DNA from: Escherichia phage VEc74
DNA: 64,000 nt
Strand: one strand, 5' to 3'
Sequence record: MT932213.1
Part shown: one piece after another, positions 1-9,326 of the stretch
Position numbering within the stretch: position 1 is the first letter of the stretch
Layout: the number at the start of each line of letters is the position of its first letter
The notes under the pieces: generated by a model
The model's input: only the letters and a program-made list of their open reading frames with translations
What the model was told of the DNA's origin: nothing
Database searches by the model: none
Program-made: the position numbers and the translations under genes

Positions 1-2
1 AA

Positions 3-749
3 TTAGCACAAGACCTCCGCGCTGTTCACGGTATGGATGCTGATGCTGAACTGTCTGGTATTCTGGCTACAGAAATTATGCTGGAAATCAACCGTGAAGT
101 TGTTGATTGGATTAACTACTCCGCTCAGGTTGGTAAATCTGGTATGACCCTGACTCCGGGTTCTAAAGCTGGTGTATTTGACTTCCAGGACCCAATCGAT
201 ATTCGTGGTGCTCGCTGGGCAGGTGAATCCTTTAAAGCTCTGTTGTTCCAGATTGACAAAGAAGCAGTTGAAATTGCTCGTCAGACCGGTCGTGGTGAAG
301 GTAACTTCATTATCGCTTCCCGTAACGTAGTTAACGTTCTGGCTTCAGTTGATACCGGCATTTCTTATGCTGCACAGGGTCTGGCTACCGGATTTAACAC
401 TGATACTACCAAGTCAGTATTTGCTGGTGTTCTGGGTGGTAAATACCGCGTATATATCGACCAGTATGCTAAACAGGATTATTTCACTGTAGGTTATAAA
501 GGTCCGAACGAAATGGATGCTGGTATTTACTATGCTCCATATGTAGCTCTGACTCCGCTGCGTGGTTCCGATCCGAAGAACTTCCAACCGGTAATGGGAT
601 TCAAAACTCGTTACGGTATCGGTATCAACCCATTTGCAGAATCCGCTGCTCAGGCTCCGGCTTCTCGCATCCAGAGCGGTATGCCTTCTATTCTGAATAG
701 CCTTGGTAAAAACGCTTACTTCCGCCGTGTATATGTTAAAGGTATCTAA
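3..749 (+). CDS. 23: Major capsid protein gp23, C-terminal part (5' end lies upstream of window)
   Basis: Open frame runs from window edge; translation ...LAQDLRAVHGMDADAELSGILATEIMLEINREV...YFRRVYVKGI matches the T4 gp23 C-terminus as I recall it. Confidence 0.93.
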   Translation, partial: LAQDLRAVHGMDADAELSGILATEIMLEINREVVDWINYSAQVGKSGMTLTPGSKAGVFDFQDPIDIRGARWAGESFKALLFQIDKEAVEIARQTGRGEGNFIIASRNVVNVLASVDTGISYAAQGLATGFNTDTTKSVFAGVLGGKYRVYIDQYAKQDYFTVGYKGPNEMDAGIYYAPYVALTPLRGSDPKNFQPVMGFKTRYGIGINPFAESAAQAPASRIQSGMPSILNSLGKNAYFRRVYVKGI

Positions 750-764
750 TCTTTGACGATTTAA

Positions 765-780
765 GGGACCTTCGGGTCCC
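765..780 (+). terminator. GC hairpin (gggaccttcgggtccc, UUCG loop) followed by T-run, downstream of gene 23
   Basis: Perfect inverted repeat plus T-rich tail read directly. Confidence 0.7.
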
Positions 781-797
781 TTTAGTTGTTTTTATGG

Positions 798-805
798 TAT
801 AAATA
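798..805 (+). promoter_or_regulatory. T4-type late promoter TATAAATA upstream of gene 24
   Basis: Exact TATAAATA about 28 nt upstream of gene 24 ATG. Confidence 0.6.
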
Positions 806-832
806 AATCATATAAACCAAAAGGAAAGCGCA

Positions 833-2116
833 ATGGCTAAAATCAACGAACTTCTGCGCGAATCAACCACAACGAATAGCAACTCAATCGGTCGCCCAAA
901 TCTCGTTGCTTTGACTCGCGCTACCACTAAATTAATATATTCTGACATTGTAGCAACACAAAGAACTAATCAACCTGTTGCTGCTTTTTATGGTATCAAA
1001 TACCTTAACCCAGACAATGAATTTACATTTAAAACTGGTGCTACTTACGCTGGCGAAGCTGGATATGTAGACCGAGAACAAATCACAGAATTAACAGAAG
1101 AGTCTAAATTAACTCTCAATAAAGGCGATTTATTCAAATATAATAATATCGTTTATAAAGTATTAGAAGATACTCCATTTGCTGATATTGAAGAAAGCGA
1201 CTTAGAGTTAGCTCTTCAGATTGCAATTGTTCTTTTAAAGGTTCGTCTATTTTCTGATGCAGCATCAACAAGTAAATTTGAAAGCTCCGATAGCGAAATT
1301 GCGGATGCTAGATTCCAGATTAATAAATGGCAAACCGCAGTTAAATCTCGCAAACTTAAAACTGGTATCACAGTTGAATTAGCACAAGATTTAGAAGCAA
1401 ATGGATTCGATGCTCCTAATTTCTTGGAAGATTTGCTTGCAACTGAAATGGCAGATGAAATTAATAAAGATATTCTGCAGTCTTTGATTACAGTGTCAAA
1501 ACGCTATAAAGTTACAGGAATTACTGATAGTGGATTCATCGATTTGAGTTATGCATCTGCTCCTGAAGCTGGTCGTTCATTATACCGAATGGTATGTGAA
1601 ATGGTTTCGCATATCCAAAAAGAATCAACTTATACAGCAACGTTCTGTGTTGCTTCAGCTCGTGCTGCTGCGATTCTTGCTGCATCAGGTTGGTTAAAAC
1701 ATAAACCAGAAGATGATAAATATCTTTCACAAAATGCCTACGGGTTCTTAGCTAATGGTTTACCGCTTTATTGCGATACTAACAGCCCATTAGATTATGT
1801 AATCGTTGGCGTAGTAGAAAATATCGGTGAAAAAGAAATTGTTGGATCAATTTTCTATGCGCCATATACAGAAGGTCTCGACTTAGATGACCCTGAACAT
1901 GTAGGTGCATTTAAAGTTGTTGTTGACCCAGAAAGCTTACAACCGTCTATCGGTTTATTAGTTAGATATGCTTTATCAGCAAATCCTTATACCGTAGCAA
2001 AAGATGAAAAAGAAGCAAGAATAATTGACGGTGGAGACATGGATAAAATGGCGGGTCGTTCAGATTTGTCTGTTTTATTAGGTGTTAAATTACCAAAAAT
2101 TATTATCGATGAATAA
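833..2116 (+). CDS. 24: Capsid vertex protein gp24
   Basis: 427-aa ORF, same length as T4 gp24, immediately after gene 23; capsid-fold paralog of gp23. Confidence 0.93.
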   Translation: MAKINELLRESTTTNSNSIGRPNLVALTRATTKLIYSDIVATQRTNQPVAAFYGIKYLNPDNEFTFKTGATYAGEAGYVDREQITELTEESKLTLNKGDLFKYNNIVYKVLEDTPFADIEESDLELALQIAIVLLKVRLFSDAASTSKFESSDSEIADARFQINKWQTAVKSRKLKTGITVELAQDLEANGFDAPNFLEDLLATEMADEINKDILQSLITVSKRYKVTGITDSGFIDLSYASAPEAGRSLYRMVCEMVSHIQKESTYTATFCVASARAAAILAASGWLKHKPEDDKYLSQNAYGFLANGLPLYCDTNSPLDYVIVGVVENIGEKEIVGSIFYAPYTEGLDLDDPEHVGAFKVVVDPESLQPSIGLLVRYALSANPYTVAKDEKEARIIDGGDMDKMAGRSDLSVLLGVKLPKIIIDE

Positions 2117-2122
2117 AACAAA

Positions 2123-2138
2123 GGGACCGAAAGGTCCC
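2123..2138. terminator. Bidirectional GC hairpin (gggaccgaaaggtccc) between convergent genes 24 and rnlB
   Basis: Perfect stem with GAAA loop, T-run on plus strand. Confidence 0.7.
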
Positions 2139-2145
2139 TTTTTAT

Positions 2146-3150
2146 TTAGCTCACCAACTCAATCCAAGCTGGACGAAGTACATCTTGCACCATTTTAACT
2201 AATTCCTTTTTAATCAAAGAAGGATTATCTGCTTGAGTTAGAGTAATACCTTCACGAGAAGTTTCTTCCAAAATATCTTGAACAGTTAACCCCATCACCT
2301 TTCCAAAATCCTTTGGACCAATTTCGCCAATTTTAGAAATAACGTTATTTACGCGGTTCAGTGTAACGTAACAAGCTAAAATTCCAACCAATTTGTTATC
2401 AGCTTCTGATAGCTCAACTTTAGCTTTAATAGGCTTATCAGACTTTTTCTTTTCACTAAATTTGGAATTCTTGCATTTGATGGCTACACGATTTCCATTA
2501 TGAAGCCAAGAAGGATAACACGGTTTCAATACATATCCTTCGGCAGTAAATACTTCACCTTTTGCTTCGGCATTCCAAACGCATTTATTTGCATCAACTA
2601 ATCCAGCATGGTCTACTGTAAAATTATAATCTTGGACGACAGAATCTAAATCATTTGGCAATTTAATAAGCTCTTCAAATTTACCGCGACCTAAAAGTGG
2701 AGCCATTTTAAATTTAAATGTATTACAGAATGATTCCATCATATAATCGTCGACATAAGTCACATCACCACTTTCTGTAGTGACAATAATGTCAAATACA
2801 TAAAAATCTTTATCGCCATAATCAACATTCTTCTGAATGCCAGGTCCAGCGAATTCGCCAAAGACTTGATAAGATACAACCGCTGAGGTTTCCATAATAT
2901 CTTGTACTGCTTTAATGGAATCAGCGTAATTCTTTAAAATAATTTCATACCCAAAGAAATCTTCAGCGGGAAGAATCGGTCCAGTACGTTTAGCGCAAGT
3001 TACTTTATCACGCTCAATAATCAATGAGAAATTTGTACCGTGAATCTTTTCACGAGCTACCCACTCCCCACCAGTCAATCCCAAGCTATAAAGTTTTTCA
3101 ATAAATTTAGAGTTGTAATGATTTTCAAGACTGCTATACTTTTTAAACAT
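2146..3150 (-). CDS. rnlB: RNA ligase 2 (Rnl2, gp24.1)
   Basis: 334-aa ORF; N-terminus [43 protein letters not shown] with KxHG-type nucleotidyltransferase lysine motif matches T4 Rnl2. Confidence 0.9.
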   Translation of the reverse strand: MFKKYSSLENHYNSKFIEKLYSLGLTGGEWVAREKIHGTNFSLIIERDKVTCAKRTGPILPAEDFFGYEIILKNYADSIKAVQDIMETSAVVSYQVFGEFAGPGIQKNVDYGDKDFYVFDIIVTTESGDVTYVDDYMMESFCNTFKFKMAPLLGRGKFEELIKLPNDLDSVVQDYNFTVDHAGLVDANKCVWNAEAKGEVFTAEGYVLKPCYPSWLHNGNRVAIKCKNSKFSEKKKSDKPIKAKVELSEADNKLVGILACYVTLNRVNNVISKIGEIGPKDFGKVMGLTVQDILEETSREGITLTQADNPSLIKKELVKMVQDVLRPAWIELVS

Positions 3151-3159
3151 AATTAATCC

Positions 3160-3438
3160 TCAAAACGTAATTTCTAACCAATCACCATCACGCTGATCAC
3201 TATTGACTTTAAAGCTAAATCCTTCTTTTCTCAGCCAATCACCAATTTCTTCAGTAATCAATTTATCACGAGCAATACAATAATAACTAAAATGTGTTTT
3301 ACCTTGTTCAGCTGCTTTATTAGCAAGTTCCGAAAAATCTTTAATAAAGCACTCTAGTTTAAACTGTTTACTTTTGAATGCTTTTTCGCGTAATTGATTA
3401 GCAAAAGATTCATTTTCATAAAGATCATACTGTTCCAT
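3160..3438 (-). CDS. Hypothetical protein (T4 24.2 position)
   Basis: 92-aa ORF, translationally coupled to neighbours; position between rnlB and hoc. Confidence 0.55.
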   Translation of the reverse strand: MEQYDLYENESFANQLREKAFKSKQFKLECFIKDFSELANKAAEQGKTHFSYYCIARDKLITEEIGDWLRKEGFSFKVNSDQRDGDWLEITF

Positions 3439-3640
3439 TTTTCACCTTTTTATTGATATGTCTTTTTCTATAGACAACTTTTTCTCGAGTTTCAAATTTA
3501 TTCTTAGCAGTCATAGCTCGAGCCCATAATACAGCCACTTCTTTTGCCTGTAAGTTTAATTCACGAGCAATTTCAATGAATGACTTTCCAGACTCATGAA
3601 GAGTAAACACCACAACCTCAGTTCTCATAATCAATCTCAT
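3425..3640 (-). CDS. Hypothetical small basic protein, possible HTH (T4 24.3 position)
   Basis: 71-aa ORF overlapping downstream ORF start; ARELNLQAKEVAVLWARA resembles a helix-turn-helix. Confidence 0.5.
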   Translation of the reverse strand: MRLIMRTEVVVFTLHESGKSFIEIARELNLQAKEVAVLWARAMTAKNKFETREKVVYRKRHINKKVKNGTV

Positions 3641-3709
3641 GTTATCGAGTTGGTGCCATTATATACATCATTTTCTGATTGTGTTTTGTGTGCTTTCAAA
3701 ACGAAGAAA

Positions 3710-3723
3710 GGGGCCGAAGCCCC
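3710..3723 (-). terminator. GC hairpin (ggggccgaagcccc) just downstream of hoc on minus strand
   Basis: Perfect stem; T-rich tract on minus strand after hairpin. Confidence 0.6.
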
Positions 3724-3729
3724 TTATGA

Positions 3730-5148
3730 TTATGGATAGGTATAGATGATACCAGTTTCTAAAGCAGTTTTATGAATGATGTATCCATTACGCGATTCTT
3801 GGACATCAACTTCTGGATAATCTTTCATCATCTTCTGAAGAGTGTAACGATGCAGGTAGTATTTACTATCTGGATCTTCAGTTTTCCAATCTTTACCTTC
3901 TTCAGTCATTTTTTGAATTTCATCCATAACCCACCAACCACACCAGATGTAAGCTGAGCTACGGTGTGGAAGAGGATGAACATAAGGTAATTCACCTTCT
4001 GGTTCTGGAGCAACTTTATCAGTTACCTGAACTTGACCTTCTGCCGTAATAGTTTTGCTATCATAATCAGCAGCAGTAACAGTTGCAGTAACTTCAATAG
4101 TTTGACTTCCAATAGATGAGGTATCAACGGTATATACATTAGTTGACCCTTCTACAGGAGAAGAATCTTTCTTCCATGAATATTCAATTTGCGCTTCTTC
4201 TGGAGCATCAGTGACATTAGCAGTAAATGTAGCCGAAGCATCTTGTTGAACGTTAATAGAAGGAGGAGTCAATGTAACCTGTGGATTCATTGTCTTCTTA
4301 TTAACCGTTAATGATACTTCATTAGAAGTAACTTCCTTTTCATTGTAATTTTCAGCAGTTACTTGAGCTACGCATTTAATTCTTTTTACTCCACTTGTAG
4401 TTGGAGTATAGTTAAATGTAGAGTTAGTTTCTCCACCAACTTGTGAATCATCTACATACCACTGATACGTAGCAGATGCTCCATCAGGTTGAGAAGCTAA
4501 GGCAGCAGTAAATTGAACTGGGGTTCCGATAACTCCCGCTGGAGGACTATCAGGAGTTACTGCCAAAGTAGTTGTCTGCTCCTTTTTATTAACAGTCAGT
4601 GATACTTCATTAGAAGTAACTTCTTTTGCATCATAATCTGTCGCGGTTACTTGAGCCACACACTTAATTGTTTTAACTCCGCTTGTGGTAGGAGTGTAAT
4701 TGAATGTAGCAGAAGTTGCTTCGCCCACAGGAGAACCGTCAACGTGCCATTGATACGTAGCAGATGCACCTGGTGGCTGCGAAGTTAAGGCAGCGGTAAA
4801 TTCAACAGCTGTTCCAATCACTCCAGCAGCAGGACTATCAGGAGTTACAGCTAAGGTGGTCGTTTGTGTCTTATTTTGAACTGTGATAGTTGTAGTAGCT
4901 TCTGCTGTTTCAGCATCAGTATCTGGGACTGGGTTTGTTGCAACTACTTTAATAGTCTTTTGACCGGCAGGTCCTTTTAGTACATAATTAAAAGTTGCTT
5001 CAGCTCCATCTTGTGGAACATCATCTACAGTCCAAGCATATGTAATAGGTCCATCTCCAGTTTGACCACTGGGTGTAGCAGTAAACTGCTGAGTCTGATC
5101 TATAACTCCAGTAGGTGTTTTAGGAGTTATATCAACTGTAAAAGCCAT
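3730..5148 (-). CDS. hoc: Highly antigenic outer capsid protein Hoc, with one extra Ig-like domain relative to T4 Hoc
   Basis: 472-aa ORF; N-terminal MAFTVDITPKTPTGVIDQTQQFTATPSGQTG and C-terminal capsid-binding region ...YIWCGWWVMDEIQKMTEEGKDWK... match T4 Hoc (376 aa in T4 as I recall). Confidence 0.88.
   Translation of the reverse strand: MAFTVDITPKTPTGVIDQTQQFTATPSGQTGDGPITYAWTVDDVPQDGAEATFNYVLKGPAGQKTIKVVATNPVPDTDAETAEATTTITVQNKTQTTTLAVTPDSPAAGVIGTAVEFTAALTSQPPGASATYQWHVDGSPVGEATSATFNYTPTTSGVKTIKCVAQVTATDYDAKEVTSNEVSLTVNKKEQTTTLAVTPDSPPAGVIGTPVQFTAALASQPDGASATYQWYVDDSQVGGETNSTFNYTPTTSGVKRIKCVAQVTAENYNEKEVTSNEVSLTVNKKTMNPQVTLTPPSINVQQDASATFTANVTDAPEEAQIEYSWKKDSSPVEGSTNVYTVDTSSIGSQTIEVTATVTAADYDSKTITAEGQVQVTDKVAPEPEGELPYVHPLPHRSSAYIWCGWWVMDEIQKMTEEGKDWKTEDPDSKYYLHRYTLQKMMKDYPEVDVQESRNGYIIHKTALETGIIYTYP
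4288..4863. repeat. In-frame tandem duplication (2 x 288 bp) inside hoc encoding two near-identical 96-aa Ig-like domains
   Basis: Protein repeats TTTLAVTPDSP[A/P]AGVIGT...EVTSNEVSLTVNKK occur twice consecutively; DNA copies are visibly near-identical. Confidence 0.85.
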
Positions 5149-5157
5149 AAGTTATCC

Positions 5158-5838
5158 TTATTTTAATGTTACGAAAGAAGAATTGCGTGTTTCACGAATT
5201 AAAACTGATCCGTCACGGTTAATGTAATAAATTAAGCTAAATAAAGTTTGGTGTGCTGACGCATGCTCAAAACTTGTTGGGTGAGATTTCCAATCCGGAG
5301 TTTCAGCGATCCATTGATAAATCCACCAAGGAACAGTGCAGAATCCTGGATTTTTTCCAATCAGCTGAAGATTCGGACTAAAGTTTTCCGGAAGAGTAAA
5401 TACAGACGGCTTTTCAGATTCAATAATCTCAGCTACAGCCTGTTCGAATTTTTCTTCAACAAAAGGAGTATCTTCAATCAAAACATCGGTATTTTCAGGA
5501 ATTTTATCCGTTTCTACTACTTCAATTTTAATGTCAGATTTAACTGGAGAATCAATCAGAAGTACTGCTTCTGGATTGACTTCTTCATCGTCATATTTTA
5601 ATCCCTCTGCGGCATCAGCAGCATCAATTAAGTCTTTAATAGATAACCCATCAGTCTCTGGCATAGGTTCACTAGCGAGCTTCTGGAGGGCTTCTTCAAT
5701 ATCAACAACGATATTATCAAAAGATTTATTCTTTTTGACCTTTATACCAAACTGTTCAGCATATTCAGCTAATTTAGCTTTAGCTTCTTTATTATCATCA
5801 AGAGCCTTCAGCTCTGCAATATAATCTTTATCTATCAT
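5158..5838 (-). CDS. inh: Inhibitor of prohead protease (Inh, hoc.1 position)
   Basis: 226-aa acidic ORF directly upstream of hoc, size and position as T4 inh. Confidence 0.7.
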   Translation of the reverse strand: MIDKDYIAELKALDDNKEAKAKLAEYAEQFGIKVKKNKSFDNIVVDIEEALQKLASEPMPETDGLSIKDLIDAADAAEGLKYDDEEVNPEAVLLIDSPVKSDIKIEVVETDKIPENTDVLIEDTPFVEEKFEQAVAEIIESEKPSVFTLPENFSPNLQLIGKNPGFCTVPWWIYQWIAETPDWKSHPTSFEHASAHQTLFSLIYYINRDGSVLIRETRNSSFVTLK

Positions 5839-5851
5839 AATATTTCCTCAG

Positions 5852-5859
5852 TATAAATA
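5852..5859 (+). promoter_or_regulatory. Possible late promoter TATAAATA upstream of segE
   Basis: Exact TATAAATA 29 nt upstream of segE ATG; function not certain. Confidence 0.35.
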
Positions 5860-5887
5860 TAGATATATTTATTACTCGGAAAATAGT

Positions 5888-6505
5888 ATGTACCACTTTG
5901 TATATGAAACAACAAATCTAATAAACGGTAAAAAGTATATAGGAAAACACTCTACTGATGACTTGAATGATGGTTACCTTGGTTCCGGTAAGGCAATTCA
6001 GCAGGCTATAAAGAAATATGGTGAAAACAATTTCTCTAGAACAATACTAAAAGAGTTTAAAACTTCCGAAGAAGCGTACATGTATGAAGAAGAAATTATA
6101 ACTCCTGAAATAATAAAAAGCAAAAATTATTATAATATGAAACCTGGTGGAATTGGTGGAATTGTTATGACTACAGAGGTTATAGCAAAGATGAAAGAAT
6201 CTTCCGCTAAGAGATTTGAAAACTCACCGGGCACGGTATTAGGTACAACTTGTTACACTAATGGAACTAAAAATATTTTTATTAAACCTGGAGAACTTGT
6301 TCCAGAAGGATTTGTAAAAGGAATGGTTCATCCTAATAGAAAGTCCAGAAAAGGATGTAAAGTCAAACCGACTACCACAGGAACTTTTTGGGTCAATAAC
6401 GGTGCAATAAATAAATTAATACAACCAGACGGTATTATTCCCGACGGATTTATTAAAGGTCGTCTCATGAAAAGAGATTCTAAAGGCAAATTTAGTAAGG
6501 CATAA
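5888..6505 (+). CDS. segE: GIY-YIG homing endonuclease SegE
   Basis: 205-aa ORF between inh and uvsW (T4 segE position); N-terminal GIY-YIG-type motif (HFVYETTNLINGKKYIGKH); basic C-terminal DNA-binding region. Confidence 0.75.
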   Translation: MYHFVYETTNLINGKKYIGKHSTDDLNDGYLGSGKAIQQAIKKYGENNFSRTILKEFKTSEEAYMYEEEIITPEIIKSKNYYNMKPGGIGGIVMTTEVIAKMKESSAKRFENSPGTVLGTTCYTNGTKNIFIKPGELVPEGFVKGMVHPNRKSRKGCKVKPTTTGTFWVNNGAINKLIQPDGIIPDGFIKGRLMKRDSKGKFSKA

Positions 6506-6507
6506 TT

Positions 6508-8016
6508 ATGGATATTAAAGTACATTTTCACGACTTCAGCCATGTACGCATCGATTGTGAAGAGAGCACGTTCCACGAATTAAGAGATTTCTTTTCGTTT
6601 GAGGCCGATGGATATAGGTTTAATCCTCGCTTCAGATATGGCAACTGGGATGGACGAATCCGTCTTTTAGATTATAATCGTCTTCTTCCATTCGGCTTAG
6701 TCGGGCAAATTAAAAAGTTCTGTGATAATTTTGGCTATAAAGCCTGGATTGACCCGCAAATTAACGAAAAAGAAGAATTATCAAGAAAAGATTTTGATGA
6801 ATGGCTTTCTAAATTAGAAATCTATTCAGGAAATAAAAGAATTGAACCGCACTGGTATCAAAAAGATGCAGTGTTCGAAGGATTAGTTAATCGTCGTAGA
6901 ATTCTTAATCTTCCAACATCTGCAGGTAAATCTTTAATTCAAGCTTTGCTTGCGCGATATTATTTGGAAAATTATGAAGGTAAAATTCTTATCATTGTTC
7001 CAACAACTGCTCTGACAACTCAGATGGCTGATGACTTCGTTGACTATCGTTTATTCAGTCATGCAATGATAAAGAAAATTGGCGGCGGAGCATCAAAAGA
7101 TGATAAATATAAAAATGATGCACCAGTCGTTGTTGGTACATGGCAAACTGTAGTTAAACAACCAAAAGAATGGTTCTCACAGTTTGGAATGATGATGAAT
7201 GATGAATGCCATCTTGCTACAGGAAAAAGTATTTCATCTATCATATCAGGTTTAAACAACTGCATGTTTAAATTTGGTCTATCAGGTTCATTACGTGATG
7301 GCAAAGCCAATATCATGCAGTATGTTGGAATGTTTGGTGAAATATTTAAACCAGTAACGACTTCTAAATTAATGGAAGATGGACAAGTAACTGAGCTAAA
7401 AATTAATAGTATTTTTCTTCGCTATCCCGATGAGTTCACTACTAAATTAAAGGGAAAAACTTACCAAGAAGAAATAAAAATTATTACTGGGCTTAGTAAA
7501 AGAAATAAATGGATCGCTAAATTAGCTATTAAGCTTGCGCAAAAAGATGAAAACACTTTTGTCATGTTTAAACATGTATCACATGGTAAAGCTATTTTCG
7601 ATTTAATTAAAAATGAATACGATAAAGTTTATTACGTATCAGGGGAAGTTGATACCGAAACCCGCAATATAATGAAAACCTTAGCTGAAAATGGTAAAGG
7701 AATAATTATAGTAGCTAGTTATGGTGTATTTTCTACTGGTATTTCAGTTAAAAATCTGCATCACGTTGTTTTAGCGCACGGTGTTAAATCAAAAATCATT
7801 GTATTACAAACAATCGGTCGTGTATTACGTAAGCATGGTTCTAAGACAATAGCAACCGTCTGGGACCTCATAGATGATTGTGGTGTTAAGCCAAAATCTG
7901 CTAATACGAAAAAGAAATATGTTCATTTGAATTATCTTTTAAAACACGGCATTGATCGTATTCAGCGCTACGCAGATGAAAAATTTAATTACGTAATGAA
8001 AACAGTTAATTTATAA
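6508..8016 (+). CDS. uvsW: UvsW RNA-DNA/DNA helicase (SF2)
   Basis: 502-aa ORF, T4 UvsW length; Walker A-type motif LPTSAGKS and DEAH-box-like MMMNDECH. Confidence 0.9.
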   Translation: MDIKVHFHDFSHVRIDCEESTFHELRDFFSFEADGYRFNPRFRYGNWDGRIRLLDYNRLLPFGLVGQIKKFCDNFGYKAWIDPQINEKEELSRKDFDEWLSKLEIYSGNKRIEPHWYQKDAVFEGLVNRRRILNLPTSAGKSLIQALLARYYLENYEGKILIIVPTTALTTQMADDFVDYRLFSHAMIKKIGGGASKDDKYKNDAPVVVGTWQTVVKQPKEWFSQFGMMMNDECHLATGKSISSIISGLNNCMFKFGLSGSLRDGKANIMQYVGMFGEIFKPVTTSKLMEDGQVTELKINSIFLRYPDEFTTKLKGKTYQEEIKIITGLSKRNKWIAKLAIKLAQKDENTFVMFKHVSHGKAIFDLIKNEYDKVYYVSGEVDTETRNIMKTLAENGKGIIIVASYGVFSTGISVKNLHHVVLAHGVKSKIIVLQTIGRVLRKHGSKTIATVWDLIDDCGVKPKSANTKKKYVHLNYLLKHGIDRIQRYADEKFNYVMKTVNL

Positions 8017-8028
8017 GGGCTTCGGCCC
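8017..8028 (+). terminator. Short GC hairpin (gggcttcggccc) after uvsW; weak or partial terminator
   Basis: Perfect 4-bp stem with UUCG loop, short T tract. Confidence 0.35.
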
Positions 8029-8029
8029 T

Positions 8030-8272
8030 TTGGAGAAAAAGATGTTACTAGAATTTAAACAATTTCTTTATGAAGCTTCTATTGATGAATTTATGGGTAA
8101 AATTGCCTCTTGTCAAACATTAGAAGGTTTAGAAGAACTTGAAGCTTATTATAAGAAAAGAGTCAAAGAAACTGAATTAAAAGATACTGATGACATCTCT
8201 GTGAGAGATGCTTTGGCAGGAAAAAGAGCTGAATTAGAAGATTCAGACGATGAAGTAGAAGAAAGCTTTTAA
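8030..8272 (+). CDS. uvsW.1: UvsW.1 small acidic protein
   Basis: 80-aa ORF immediately downstream of uvsW with RBS; position as T4 uvsW.1. Confidence 0.6.
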   Translation: MEKKMLLEFKQFLYEASIDEFMGKIASCQTLEGLEELEAYYKKRVKETELKDTDDISVRDALAGKRAELEDSDDEVEESF

Positions 8273-8327
8273 ATTAAAAAAGGCCCAACCAAAAAGGAAG
8301 GGCCAAAACTATAGACTAAAGGTCACA

Positions 8328-8495
8328 CTATAGCAAAAGTTGTGTTTCATTTAATTGTTCTTCCGAACTTTCTGAAACTGGTAGTTCTTTAATGTAATTA
8401 TAGCAAGGCCCAGGATGTACAGGACCTTTGTCTGTTTCAACAACCAATGCAGAATCGATTGGAGTTTTACAGACAACACAAATCTTATCTGACAT
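8328..8495 (-). CDS. Small Cys-containing protein (55 aa; T4 uvsY.-2 position), not in the supplied ORF track
   Basis: Hand translation of minus strand: MSDKICVVCKTPIDSALVVETDKGPVHPGPCYNYIKELPVSESSEEQLNETQLLL; RBS GAGGAG upstream; late-promoter motif upstream. Confidence 0.45.
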   Translation of the reverse strand: MSDKICVVCKTPIDSALVVETDKGPVHPGPCYNYIKELPVSESSEEQLNETQLLL

Positions 8496-8520
8496 GATTG
8501 TCTCCTCTGAATTATATATC

Positions 8521-8528
8521 TATTTATA
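8521..8528 (-). promoter_or_regulatory. Late promoter TATAAATA (minus strand) upstream of the 55-aa ORF
   Basis: Plus-strand tatttata is the reverse complement of TATAAATA. Confidence 0.45.
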
Positions 8529-8618
8529 ACCCCATCTTAAAACGCATTTCTTGTACACGCTTTAAACATGCTTCCATTTCTGCTAAAAGTCTAAATACTT
8601 CTTTATAATTTGTCATAT

Positions 8619-8846
8619 TTACCCCATATCTCTCATATGCATATCAATGCCCATATCTTTAGAATAAAAATATTCATCAAGATATCCGGCAAATTTTCCT
8701 TTAATATAAAGGACATCTTCACCACACGGGTGGTCGGCCAGGATACGAATATCCTGACGCTTGAGATTATACTTTTTCATTAAGAATTGAATTTCCGTTT
8801 CAAATTCTTCTTCATAATTAAAAGCATCATCAATGCTATATCTCAT
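8619..8846 (-). CDS. Hypothetical protein (T4 uvsY.-1 position)
   Basis: 75-aa ORF translationally coupled to uvsY stop. Confidence 0.55.
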   Translation of the reverse strand: MRYSIDDAFNYEEEFETEIQFLMKKYNLKRQDIRILADHPCGEDVLYIKGKFAGYLDEYFYSKDMGIDMHMRDMG

Positions 8847-9259
8847 TATTTTCCAGCCTCAAATGCTCGCATGTCTTGAATATGCTTAATAGCAAATCCA
8901 CGTGATTTAATAGCATCAAGAGCTCCGCTACAGAAATCTAATAAAATCCCCCAATACTGTAACGAGGTATCAACCTTTAAAACATCCTTATCAGCTGATA
9001 GAACTGTCTTCATTTCTGATTTCTCGTAACGATCCATACTAAATTCATCACCATCTCCTCGTCCCGAGTAGTAGTCTAATTTAGCTTTAAGAGCAACTTT
9101 TTTCTGTGCTTCAATTCTAAGCATTTCCTTTTTAATACTTGAATGCTTATTAAGCCATTTACTATATAACATCACATTATTAGCTGCTTCATATTGTAAT
9201 TTAGTCGAATCTATAAACACATCTTTCTTCAATTCTTCTTGAAGATCTTCTAATTTCAT
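8846..9259 (-). CDS. uvsY: Recombination mediator UvsY
   Basis: 137-aa ORF; MKLEDLQEELKKDVFIDSTKLQYEAANNVMLYSKWLNKH matches T4 UvsY. Confidence 0.9.
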   Translation of the reverse strand: MKLEDLQEELKKDVFIDSTKLQYEAANNVMLYSKWLNKHSSIKKEMLRIEAQKKVALKAKLDYYSGRGDGDEFSMDRYEKSEMKTVLSADKDVLKVDTSLQYWGILLDFCSGALDAIKSRGFAIKHIQDMRAFEAGK

Positions 9260-9300
9260 ACTGTTCTCTATTCAATTGTTATTGGATGGACTTAGATTCA

Positions 9301-9326
9301 TTATACCACGTTTATACGTGAAGCAT
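9301..9326 (-). promoter_or_regulatory. MotA-dependent middle promoter upstream of uvsY
   Basis: Minus strand reads aaTGCTTCA, 13 nt, TATAAT: MotA box at about -30 with a sigma70-like -10. Confidence 0.55.

Noticed and set aside
1536-1730. 64-aa minus-strand ORF inside gene 24, and similar track ORFs at 3772-3957, 5263-5824, 7059-7316, 9498-9704, 20455-20921 and 30308-30690
   Set aside because: All are embedded antisense or out of frame within confidently assigned genes and lack start signals.
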